From the NCBI RefSeq assembly GCF_902459465.1, contig NC_047067.1:20646001-20710000 (forward strand): DNA of 64,000 nucleotides, written 5' to 3'. Source of the stretch: Asterias rubens. Lineage: Eukaryota. A program made the position numbers and the translations under genes. The first letter of the stretch is position 1. Each line of letters opens with the position of its first letter. Of the stretch, positions 14,449-26,691 are shown one piece after another. The notes beneath the pieces are model-generated. The model was not told the DNA's origin, searched no databases, and saw only the letters and a program-made list of their open reading frames with translations.

Positions 14449-17400
14449 TGCTAAAACCAAGTTAGATTTTAAAGTAATGATATCAGTTGACAAGCTTTGA
14501 TCACTTCTTTTTGAAGGAGCATAGCAATTTCCCCTGGTAAATGTAGAGGGCAGTTCTCTGAGGAGAATGTAAATTTGCCTTGTGACTCTACAAATGATAA
14601 AACCATAGCAAAAGCAAGGGCCACCCTTTGTAATAATGGAGCCAGGTTTAACGTCCCTTTTAAAAAGCTTCAGTCATGTTGGTTAGGCAATGTAGGTTAT
14701 GTTGGTTACTGTGTTACCTTGCAAATCCCTTGCTGTCATTACAATTAAAATTTTAAAATCTGCTGGAAAAAAAACCAATATAAGAAACTGCTTATAATGG
14801 CCACGCATCCTTTGTGCATTGAATTGATACGACAGGCAGCTGACCACAGAGTTATTTGATCTAATCAGGTTATTACCAAATCGGTCATTTGGAAATAATT
14901 ATGGTTCAATATAACCTGTCATATTTATTCAATACCGCAACTGTGTACACATGGAGTATGGTGGTTGCTAATTGCAATGTGGGCGACCGTGGATTTTTTG
15001 TAGGCAGTTGTTAGATTGTTGCTTGAACTTGAAGAAAACAAACTTGAGCTCAGTAACTGAGGCTGACTCAGTTCTCAATTACATTTCTGTTTTATGTAAT
15101 GCTGACTTTAAAGGTTGATTTTTAGAATTGGAAAAGTTAAGCATATAAATCTTCAATGACAAGTGTTTGAAAAACTCTAGAGTGCAGGGTTTATTTAGCA
15201 TAGGGGAAAGAAATAGTTTGTACGGTCAAGGGCTAAAATTGGCTGGACTCTGACCAGTAGCAGTCCAGTGAGTAAGATAATCTAAAACACACCTCAAACA
15301 CATGGTTACATGTGTTGTGCTTGTACAAGTTTGCCATAGGTAAAAAGATTTATCTTAAACATTGTACATTTGTAAATAGACCAAAAGCCAAAGATCAGAA
15401 ATGTATTTTCCCCCCATAATGTGCCAGTCAGTCTGGCAGACTGAGCCAAGCTCTTAATCCAGTCCAACATAATGGTTCCACACTCACTATGTCTACGCCT
15501 ACAGTTTATGCAAACAAAGTTGAATACATTTCAAATGAGGTTCAAGTTCATTTGCCTCCATTTCTCTCGATTTAAAGTTGCTCTATAAACTGGACATGTT
15601 CAAGTGTAGATCATCTTAATGAGTGCATTGTTTTAAAAATCCTCACAGTCTTGTTTGTGATTGTTAAGAAAATAAATGATATCAAGCGACCATTCCCTGT
15701 GGTTGAGTATCATGTACTTGATTAAAAACAGGATATTATTCCCTCTCCCCACATGAAGTAACATCAAGTCTGTAGCAGTAATATTTTCAATTAGATTGAC
15801 AAGTCTTCACCCCCCCCAAGTCGTCTGTCAGGGTCTTGCTTTTATTTCTATTCTTAGCCACTATTACCATCTAGCCTCCTTGGCCACAGTGTAATTACTA
15901 CAACCGATGAATGAAATCTGGTAAATTTAATTGTAGTTTCTTGGAGTCTTCTATTATCATGTTACTCTAGACATTCATGAATCCTCCACTTTCCTTGGAT
16001 TATCGGCTGAAGATGTTGTCATGTTTCTTCACCTGTTAGATTAGATGCTCCAATGTAGGCCTAGTAGTGTTGTACTCCATGTAGGTTTAGCAGCTCTTTG
16101 GGCTAGAGGCCTATTCTGAACCAATTCTTGAAAAGTTGTATTTATAAATCAATGTACATGTGATGTAACACACAGATTGTAGTACATTGTACAACGTGTA
16201 GGCAGCCAAAGGGCTTGTTCCCGTTAAGGTATCTTCATTTATGCAAAGGGTTTGCACCATTAACTTAATAGATACTGCCCTCTGTTGTTAGAGAAAGAGA
16301 AAGAGGGGGGGGGAGTACAAAGTTAGCTTTATGTAAACAAATATTTGTTTCAAACCCAATATCCAATCATCAATGGGGTAAATAAGACATGAAACTAAAA
16401 GACAGTTGATACTGGTACATGTATTTAAAGAAGCGAAAAAATGTTTTATCAGTGAAAATCAAGCAGATTTTACATAAGTAGTGGTACATTTCCGTATGTG
16501 TTTAAAGCTTTAGGAACTAAACGCTCTTCTAAAGTACATTGACCCAACCAAAGTGTAACAAGTCTATATTACTTTCCCATTAGGTTGAGTCAATGTCAAT
16601 TTCCATATTTAATTGTAGTTATTTATGGAGAAGTGTATATTAAACTGTGATATGAAACTGACCTGTCTTGTGGCTCAGGAATGATTGTACGGACTTAATC
16701 ATGGCTGCCATCTTTCATTAGAGTAAATAATCTATGATGTCTAATTAGTGTAGGGCGATTAATCAGAGCGCTATGTTGATGTGTACTGCAGTAGGTCATC
16801 TGAGAGAAAGGAAATTGTTTCCTTGGGGACAAGAAAGCTTATTTCTACTCCCTATTTTTAAAAATCTAACACACCATTTATTTTATTTGTTTTATATCTT
16901 TGGACAAGATACATAGTTACATTTAATATTGTTGAGTCAAGACAAAAGTAAAAACAACTGCAACCATAAATGTGTCCGATCCATTAAAGCAGCCTAAATG
17001 CCACTCTCTTGTTGAATTTAATTCATCACTTTCTAATTACTTGAGTTCAACATGGCAAAATTGTGACATTTAGCAGGCCTTATTTAACTATTTATTTAAC
17101 TATTTTATTACCCTGGCACTCCCTTAAAATAATTTATGAACCAGTCATTCCCCTCAGACAGTAATAAAGAGTACAATGCAACAAGAGTATAAACAACACC
17201 CGATGAGCACACAGTGTTCTCATACCTGGATGTATATGGGGGATTCATCAAACATTTGTCTGTCATCAAGTCGGCTCTTATCTCTGACATACTTTTTGTA
17301 AATTGCTGGACAGTCTTGGAAGAGTTATACTCTCTGTACATGTCCAATAGTAGGTGGTACAGGAAGGGTTAAATACTGATAATAACAAACACAAAAAGGC

Positions 17401-18699
17401 TTTGTTTTGATTGAAATCAAGGTAATGATGGTGACCCATTCACCAGTCAGTCAAACCTGCAGCAGTGGATGAACACAGATAGGGGGGCCTATAACTTTAT
17501 AGATGCATGGTTCATATTGGAAGTCAGAAAAAGCCATTGAAACTCCTGAGCTGGGGATGGTTTGTTCAAAGTTTCGGCTTCATTTGAGTCAGTATTTTTA
17601 TTTTTTTCACAGGAAAAAGGGATAAAGTAGTCAAATCAACATTAAACAATTATTTTTTGGGGTGGGTGGGTCAAAACAATTTTGAAAAAAGACATATTTT
17701 TTTATATTTGTTTAAGTGCAAGTACTTTTTTTTATTTCATACATATAAAAAAAGACATCTTGAAGAATATACTTTGTTTGTCTTAAGGAGAATGCAGATG
17801 ATCATTGAGTTGTTGGTGTGTGACCCTTGAAATCAACAGAGCGATCAGGAAGCAGTATGCAGGCTGCGCTCGTCTCTTTATTGGCTGACCATGGCTTCTT
17901 AATGAGATTGACGGCTGTTCAAAGATACATACAGTCATAGATCCTCTCTCATTATTGGGTACCATCGGCCCATTTGTTTTTTATTTTTTTTAATTCCACT
18001 GGCTGTTGTGTGAGGGGGCAATAAACTAAACGACTTGGACAAAGCATGGCAATGCTTTGAACTGCCGAATAAAATGCCCTTTGCTCTGAATCAATATCAC
18101 ACATAGCCATTTAGAGAAGAAATACAAAATAAAGAAGCAACAACGAGGCTGTGTACTTTTATGGCACACTATCAGGGATAGTTTACGCCTAATGCCGATG
18201 GAGGAATCGTAGCGACTTGCCTTTTTTTTATCCTGAGGTTTACTGATGCGCAAGTGTGAAACGAAGCTGAGAATGGCAGTTTGTTATACCTGCTTGATTG
18301 ACTTCTTGGGTAGAGCTTTACATCATGTGAGTACAAGTAAGTAGATGGCTGTGTAATGTAAACATAGGTAGGTACCAAATGTTTAACCAAGGGGTGATGG
18401 GCTTAATTGCCTTCAGTACTTGTGCAATTCATGTCATTGAATTATTTTATTAGTTCTCCTTCTTATTTCATGCTAAGAAGCAGTTGATTCGGACTGAAAG
18501 TCAAAAACCACACAGTTTTGAGACTGAAACGTGTAGTTTATCTCAGTGAATCTATCCAAATCTTTTCAGTTCATGAGAGGACCCCAGAATAGGCCTGTTT
18601 TACTCTGTTGCCAACGTGAGCCTCATTTATAGTTATACAGGTAATACAAATAAAAGCATGGACTCTCCTTGGTTGTTCCATCTAAACTTCCACATGTTT

Positions 18700-18830
18700 C
18701 TGTTGGTTCACATCCTTACTGTAGCTCTGTCCCCAAAGCTCAGTGGCTCATCAAGCTTCTTCCAGTGTACTGTCTTACTTTGGAATGCACTCCCTGTATA
18801 TCCTGCGTCCCTACCTCTTATTAACCCGGC
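18700..18830 (+). mobile_element. Possible decayed L2/CR1-type LINE 3' remnant
   Basis: 18754-18795 translates SFFQCTVLLWNALP, resembling the SFFPRTIxLWNxLP end of L2/CR1 ORF2. Confidence 0.45.
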
Positions 18831-19088
18831 AGCTGCTGAAAGTAACAAGGCAGGATGTTTCAGGGTTTGGTAGGCAGGGAAAACACTGTGATGCAACAAA
18901 CCCACTAGTAGGCCCAAATAATCAATCACAGCTTAACCTATTAATTGTCCTCAATTACTAACTGTGATTAAGGGATCAATCAATAGTATACCAAAATCAA
19001 ATATTGTGACAAGATCTTGTGCTTTTGTGAGCAACTTGATGAGCTTAAAGATCCAGGATGAGATTTCTTGTATCTTTGTCACTAAGCC

Positions 19089-19132
19089 GATCCATAGATG
19101 GCTGATCCATAGATGGCTGATCCATAGATGGC
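19089..19132. repeat. 15-bp repeat, 3 copies (GATCCATAGATGGCT)
   Basis: Direct reading. Confidence 0.9.
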
Positions 19133-19897
19133 CATTCCCAAACCAAGGCTAAACTTGTTTTGATTTGTGTCATCCTTCATAAAGGATCAACCTTACCTCT
19201 CAATTAGTGATTTCTAATAATACCTTTGCAAGACCTGTACCTAAAGCAGGCCTTCATTCTACAATACAATGCATATTCATGTAGTCACACAACAAACACA
19301 CGGTGCGTTGGAAGAGTACACACATGGGATGTACAGATCCGCATACCTCAGTCCTAAATGCAGGTCCTTCAGAGTCCTGCTTCTTTTGTGTGGTGTTATT
19401 TGGTATAAATGTACGCACACTTTGGAAAGAGATTTAGCAAATAGCGGTCCAGTGGTGCCCTTTCATACCGCAATGTGGTTAAGGTAGACCATTACTGCTC
19501 AGTAGAGGTTTATTAACTGTGGTATGTAAGGTCGGTCAACCCACATCCGAGAAAACCTACATTGTAGAGTGCTTGAACTCTGAATATTTTGACTCATTAA
19601 TGTGAAAGAGTGAACTTATACCAACAATGTGCGTGGGTTTGGTATCACTCTGACTTTGAGGCTATGTTCATGTTGGATCACGCAGTTGTAAAACTGCAAG
19701 TACAAACAAGTGTTTTAAAGCTGAATTTAGGATGACTCAACCGTTGGACTGTGTTCACTCTGACTCCGTCATGCTGATGGTATTCTGTCTTCATACTTGA
19801 GAGATTATTTCCACTCCAGTTGCTACATACAGTATGTTTAATACAGATTGATGTATACATACATACATTAACATTTACTCTGAGCTTTCATAAAGTG

Positions 19898-19993
19898 ACT
19901 TCTTACTGATGGTTAATAACCGTTTGTGTAAATGCTGATGAAGAACTTCCTACTGATGGTTAATAACCGTTTGTGTAAATGCTGATGAAGAAC
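19898..19993. repeat. 47-bp tandem duplication
   Basis: tactgatggttaataacc starts at 19904 and 19951. Confidence 0.9.
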
Positions 19994-21996
19994 ATTGGAT
20001 GAGTTGGAAGATATTCCTCAACGATAGTCTGGTTATTGGTTTGTACTGAGTGGATATTGTGTTTGACATGCAACACCTTTAGTTCTTAAGAATCATTCGG
20101 GCTGGATAATTGGAAACTTGTCTGACTACCATAAGGAGAGGATACACTGAGTTGAAGCTCAGTGCTGCTGAAGAAAAGGTACTTTGAATAATTATTTGTT
20201 TTTTATGTTCAATACTAGAAACTCAATTTGGTAACTGTTGTGCGTGAGGTGTTTATGTTTTGAGGTAGTCTGCAAATCCAGATTATTAAACCAAATTCAT
20301 TGACCACTTTGCAATTTTGTCACATTTGTAGCTCTCTTTTCTACGATGTACAGTGTAGTCTTCGTACTTATTTGAATTTTCCAAGTAGATAAATAGTCTG
20401 TGATGATAATTTGGATTCATACATACTCAAGATTGATTGACAGGTCAACTTTATCATTTTGTCATTATTTGTTTACACTCTTTTTGTAGTTGACATTTGC
20501 CACTCTAAGCATTTTAAGTACCAATATACCAAGAGAAGTTTTCCACTAAGACTATCTTTATACCAAACTGCCAAATCTTTTTTTAATTATTTCCAATCCT
20601 ACCAATGTTGTTCAAACCCTTTAAATAACTTGTCAAAAATGGATGGGTGGCGTCTTCTTATGGCGCCTTGCACAGACAATCTAATCTATTACGCAGTGGT
20701 AGTCCGCCAACAGAAACCACCTACACTAGCTACACTGGCTGGCTGATTACTGTAATAATATTACAGGAGTTGCGTTGGATATCCCAGCGCCAGACTGGCC
20801 ATATCTCTATAAGTTCACTTTATCTGCTTGATCAGTAGTTTGTGTTGTCTTTTTGAGGGGGTTTATAGATGACAAAGATCAATGTGTACAAAATATAGTC
20901 ATTGGAAAAACATGAACTGACAAGTTAACAGAGGGTGTACTTTGTAACAGGTGGTGACAAGAGGGCCAGCACAAAATAGCTGTTAGTACGCACATTCTGG
21001 ATTTAAAATTGATACAGAAAAATTGAAGGATTTTTCTCTTCTTTTCATGAGGAATGATCCCCACTTGTGAACATTTTATCGCTGGTTTTGTAATCACTCT
21101 TGTCCCTCTTGATTCTTTGGGTAGAATATCATCAGCCAAAAGTGTATAAGGAGAAAATATTAAAACTAATGTTTGTCTAATAACTCTAAATTAATTACAT
21201 GTAGGCCTACATGGCCGCACACTATTTCTACACTATTATGATACTTCTCTCTTGATGCATTTTGATACATTTCCCCCTAAAACCTCTCTTTATTCCAGCG
21301 CTTTGCAGTGTATTTAAAAGATCAGCCTGTCAAAGCCTGACGGAAGAGCTAAATCTTTAAAATCAATACAAACTACAAGATGCCTCTAGCCTACCCCCTT
21401 TAAATCCTGTCCACTGCAATTTACTCTGCTATTGATATTGCATACAATGTTATTATCCGGAGGAAGAGTTGACTATGCTGCCTCTACATTGATTTAAATC
21501 CTTGTTGCTAATAGAGGTGTGATGGAAGGAAACATTTACAGACACCTGGCGGGCGTGATATTCTCAGAGCAACATGGCGATCAGCAAGTCCACGCTGAAA
21601 GCAGTGTTTGGGAGGTTGTACTGATATCTTATCGGTTAATTAAATGAAAATCAAAATAGAATCCATTCAGAGTGTGAGCTTCAATTGATCTGAATCTTTG
21701 TCAGACTGAGCATAAAATGCTATGGGAAAACAAAATGGTGCAGATTATTTGCACACTATGCCTCGGTATGTCCACACTGATACCAAAAGGAATTGATGTA
21801 ACCATTTCATATTACAGGTTGCAAGTCTTCTAGTTAGTTTAAGTCAAATAATACTTTTGTTACTAATTGTTTTGGGTTTGAATCCCATCCAGGTTGTACA
21901 CTTCTGATTTTTGTAAAGCTGTAATATACAACTTTAGCAAACCTTACTAGAACTAAATATACTTATAATTTCTGACTTGTTTTTCTTTGACCACAG

Positions 21997-22111
21997 CCCC
22001 ATGACCTTCTGGACTCAAGGAGCCACTTTTTCAAGAGCAAGGTCTTCAAACATCCTAACACGTGTCAAGTCTGTAATGAGGTCATCTGGAATGAAGGAAG
22101 ATCATGCAGAG
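21997..22111 (+). CDS. TNS1: Tensin exon, C1 domain part 1 (PHDLLDSRSHFFKSKVFKHPNTCQVCNEVIWNEGRSCR)
   Basis: Polypyrimidine tract + cacag acceptor, G|gtaatt donor; H-x12-C-x2-C-x10-C C1 pattern. Confidence 0.9.
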
Positions 22112-22379
22112 GTAATTAGTCACCTGATGTCATCACATGATGTCATCACATGATCAATCTTGGTTTTCTCATTTTGGGTGTTGGGTTCCCCAGTTAGGCC
22201 TATAGTTGCAGTTAGATCATAGAGCAATGACCACACCATATCTTGACATGTCTCCTCACAATGACTAGAGCAAGCTAGTCGAAATGTTGAGATAAATTAA
22301 GAACTCACTTCGCATTAGTGGAGGTAATAACGAGAAGTCCCCTCGATTCACTAAGCGAAAGTAGTAGTCCTGGCCGATT

Positions 22380-22545
22380 TCCTACCTTCCGTTCCAGTAG
22401 TTAATAAGTAGGACAGTTCTTTTCAGACTCCGAAAAATCTCTCAAAGTTTAAAAATCTACTCTGCGGCAGTAGAGAACTTTCCCGAATCCCAAATCTACT
22501 CGACGGTAGTAGAAAATAATATAGAGAGACAAGTTCCCAAAAAAC
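22380..22545 (+). mobile_element. Dispersed repeat (probable SINE body), second copy at ~45140-45310
   Basis: Both sites share AGGACAGTTCTTTTCAGA, AATCTACTCG-GGTAGTAGAA and GAC(A)AGTTCCC blocks in the same order. Confidence 0.6.
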
Positions 22546-22652
22546 ATATTCTATCCAACCAAAATAGGCCTATCATTTTATGAGTTTACCAATGTGGGAT
22601 GTTTCCTCTGTAGCAAGAGAAATGTAACATTTTTTTTCTTCTTATTGAACAG

Positions 22653-22690
22653 CTTGCAAGTTTGCCTGTCATCGGAAATGTCAGTACAAG
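22653..22690 (+). CDS. TNS1: Tensin exon, C1 domain part 2 (ACKFACHRKCQYK)
   Basis: aacag acceptor, AAG|gtatgt donor, phase 1 in and 0 out; CHRKC motif of tensin C1. Confidence 0.9.
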
Positions 22691-23348
22691 GTATGTTAAT
22701 CTTTTAACCTATTAAATATATGATTAATCTTGCTGCAAAGTGTGCTGCAGTCTCCTTGAATGGTTCTCAAGAGTCTAGCCCACCTTGTTGGGCTGTTACT
22801 TTCTTCTCAGCCTAGTCGCCATGGACTATGATAAGACTAGGCATTAAAAGAGAGTCACAACAGCACAACAAGGTGGACTAACATGGGATTTTATAAAAGT
22901 TTGATGAAAACTGTTTGGGGGCATTGGGGTTGGATTTTGAAGATTCATCAAGTTACCCAATGATTTTTCTAGCTCATTATTTGAAACTACTTTTCTTGCT
23001 AAAATCTGTTTGTGTTTGTGACTCCATTTCTAAACTATGGGGAAAACCTTTGCACAAGTCAGTGGTATACATTGTGTTGAAATTGTCAGAGAGTTGCCTG
23101 CAAGAGGTTGAGGGAGCTGTGTCATGTTATCATGGATTCTTTAAACACCAGCTGGAATGATGCAGTAAGCACTCATCAGTTGAAGTCATCAATCTCTGCC
23201 CTGAACCATGTGGAAGATATCATGAGTCAAGTATGAATAGACCATCCTTCAGATATTAATTACAGAATCTGCCAAATGATGTTATAACTACTCAGATATC
23301 TGTCGTCTATCTGCAACTTCTCACAGCCACAACAAGGTCCACCTATAC

Positions 23349-23480
23349 ATTATACATGGCATTTTTTACACCCGAGGGGGAAAATGGCACCGGAGGCGAA
23401 GCCAAGGATACCGTATTCCCCTTAGGGTGTACAAAACCCATGGACCCCAATCCCAGTGAGCAACAATTGTTTTGTTATAC
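23349..23480. mobile_element. Palindromic non-autonomous repeat with GGCGAAGCC hairpin core
   Basis: 16-bp inverted arms 23367-23382 and 23416-23431 (2 mismatches) around gaggcgaagcc; ends aacaattgttttgttatacc. Class uncertain. Confidence 0.5.
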
Positions 23481-24784
23481 CTTGGTAACATGATTATACC
23501 TCTTTCCAAAGTTCTGTTGTCATCTTCAAACATCATTTACGCGAGTATGCAAAGTTTAATAACAGACGAGCAGTTGTTCAAATAAGAAACCATTCTTCAC
23601 TGTTCCCTCGAACCCGCGGCTGTTTCGTACTCAGCACTGGGAAATGGACCAATGGTGGGAATGATCAAGGTTATGTACACCGGTTAACAAAACTCATGTT
23701 ACCCGCCGCGCTGTGCAGCCATGGTACATGCGTTTTTGTTGCACGTCACGTGATTGGTTCTCGAATAAGAAATGTAGGCAGGGTTGTCATTTTGTAAGAT
23801 GTACTCCAATTACTCATGAGACGGAACATTGGTTGTAGAAGGAACAACTGATGAGAAAAATACATGTTGTGTGTTGGGTTCTCATTTTTAAGATGATGTG
23901 TCATACCGATGTTGCTTTATGATGATACATTATCTTAGTCATGTGACAGAATTGCTCCCATTGAAGAAGACGCCCAACCGGTTGACCTTTGTCGTGTTCT
24001 AGAGAGAAGCTATGACCTTTCTTAGAAAGCTTTGTAATTAAGACCAATTAGTGGCCTGCAAGGGCATCCTTCTGCTCTACACCAGTACCTTAGATACCCC
24101 CCCCCCCCACCACCACTCCTGACGCTGTCTGTGTCACCAGAGCTAGTCCTAGCTCTATGGTGTCACAGATCACAGAAGGGTCAATGTATGTATTGGGAAC
24201 GAGCCAACAAACAAATTCTGGTGGAAATCATCTTGTTGATCATCACGGTCACCTTGGATACAAATGAGAAGTATAAACTGCATAATAGTTGACAGTACAG
24301 ATGATTATCATGAAGTAGCCATCTTGGTTGTGTCCCCAATGTGCTGATGCTATTTTGACTTATGATTCACATCATTAAGAAAGGGTCCAGACTGATTTGC
24401 AATCCACACTATGTGACTTACATGTACATGTATCAGTATTTGAACTCCTATATTTTCCTATTTCTTACAACAATTAGTTAATTCAACCAATCCATACAAA
24501 ATCTTGTAACTAACTTTGTTAAAGTCATATTGCCTTTTTCAAAACCTCAGTTGAGACTAAGCTTAGGCAGCATCAGTAGTTTTGAAAACATGCATTTTCA
24601 CTAGAGGTCTTTAAAAAAGGCAGAGAGCCATGAAGCTTAAGTCAGGATTTTTTGAAAGGGCCATAAATTCAGAAGGGAATATGTATGCTTGTTATATGCT
24701 TGATATTGCCAACGTGTGGTAGGTGCCCTTTAATTGCCGTAAGCGGGTTATGTTGCAGATGAGAAAAGTCTAGTGATTGCACCC

Positions 24785-26691
24785 GTAGGCTGTGGAAATT
24801 AATGCCTTGGTGTATGTAGATAGATTGCTAGTTGCTATCTCATAGTGTGTAGGCTGTGGAAATTAATCCCTTGGTGTATGTAGATAGATTGCTAGTTGCT
24901 ATCTCATAGTGTGTAGGCTGTGGAAATTAATGCCTTGGTGTATGTAGATAGATTGCTAGTTGCTATCTCATAGTGTGTAGGCTGTGGAAATTAATCCCTT
25001 GGTGTATGTAGATAGATTGCTAGTTGCTAGCTCATAGTGTGTAGGCTGTGGAAATTAATGCCTTGGTGTATGTAGATAGATTGCTAGTTGCTATCTCATA
25101 GTGTGTAGGCTGTGGAAATTAATGCCTTGGTGTATGTAGATAGATTGCTAGTTGCTATCTCATAGTGTGTAAGATGGAAAAGTCTAGTGATTGCACCCGT
25201 AGGCTGTGGAAATTAATGCCTTGGTGTATGTAGATAGATTGCTAGTTGCTATCTCATAGTGTGTAGGCTGTGGAAATTAATGCCTTGGTGTATGTAGATA
25301 GATTGCTAGTTGCTAGCTCATAGTGTGTAGGCTGTGGAAATTAATGCCTTGGTGTATGTAGATAGATTGCTAGTTGCTATCTCATAGTGTGTAGGCTGTG
25401 GAAATTAATCCCTTGGTGTATGTAGATAGATTGCTAGTTGCTATCTCATAGTGTGTAGGCTGTGGAAATTAATCCCTTGGTGTATGTAGATAGATTGCTA
25501 GTTGCTATCTCATAGTGTGTAAGATGGAAAAGTCTAGTGATTGCACCCGTAGGCTGTGGAAATTAATGCCTTGGTGTATGTAGATAGATTGCTAGTTGCT
25601 ATCTCATAGTGTGTAAGATGGAAAAGTCTAGTGATTGCACCCGTAGGCTGTGGAAATTAATGCCTTGGTGTATGTAGATAGATTGCTAGTTGCTATCTCA
25701 TAGTGTGTAGGCTGTGGAAATTAATGCCTTGGTGTATGTAGATAGATTGCTAGTTGCTATCTCATAGTGTGTAAGATGGAAAAGTCTAGTGATTGCACCC
25801 GTAGGCTGTGGAAATTAATCCCTTGGTGTATGTAGATAGATTGCTAGTTGCTATCTCATAGTGTGTAGGCTGTGGAAATTAATGCCTTGGTGTATGTAGA
25901 TAGATTGCTAGTTGCTATCTCATAGTGTGTAAGATGGAAAAGTCTAGTGATTGCACCCGTAGGCTGTGGAAATTAATCCCTTGGTGTATGTAGATAGATT
26001 GCTAGTTGCTATCTCATAGTGTGTAAGATGGAAAAGTCTAGTGATTGCACCCGTAGGCTGTGGAAATTAATGCCTTGGTGTATGTAGATAGATTGCTAGT
26101 TGCTATCTCATAGTGTGTAGGCTGTGGAAATTAATGCCTTGGTGTATGTAGATAGATTGCTAGTTGCTATCTCATAGTGTGTAAGATGGAAAAGTCTAGT
26201 GATTGCACCCGTAGGCTGTGGAAATTAATCCCTTGGTGTATGTAGATAGATTGCTAGTTGCTATCTCATAGTGTGTAGGCTGTGGAAATTAATGCCTTGG
26301 TGTATGTAGATAGATTGCTAGTTGCTATCTCATAGTGTGTAAGATGGAAAAGTCTAGTGATTGCACCCGTAGGCTGTGGAAATTAATCCCTTGGTGTATG
26401 TAGATAGATTGCTAGTTGCTATCTCATAGTGTGTAAGATGGAAAAGTCTAGTGATTGCACCCGTAGGCTGTGGAAATTAATGCCTTGGTGTATGTAGATA
26501 GATTGCTAGTTGCTATCTCATAGTGTGTAAGATGGAAAAGTCTAGTGATTGCACCCGTAGGCTGTGGAAATTAATCCCTTGGTGTATGTAGATAGATTGC
26601 TAGTTGCTAGCTCATAGTGTGTAGGCTGTGGAAATTAATGCCTTGGTGTATGTAGATAGATTGCTAGTTGCTATCTCATAGTGTGTAAGAT
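24785..26691. repeat. Composite satellite: 25 x 64-bp unit A with 10 x 30-bp unit B
   Basis: 25x64 + 10x30 = 1900 bp = 24785-26684; A-run lengths 6,5,1,2,2,1,2,2,1,1,2. Confidence 0.97.

Noticed and set aside
20101-20178. Phase-0 donor AAG|gtactt as an alternative upstream exon
   Set aside because: In-frame TAA near 20107, no ATG after it and no convincing acceptor; at most non-coding.
555-21139. Numerous 60-140-aa ORFs in the 5' region
   Set aside because: Mostly non-ATG starts, no recognisable domains and no consistent exon chain; expected by chance.
24785-26691. CRISPR-like repeat/spacer appearance
   Set aside because: The intervening 30-bp segments are identical, not unique spacers; no cas genes; eukaryotic intron.
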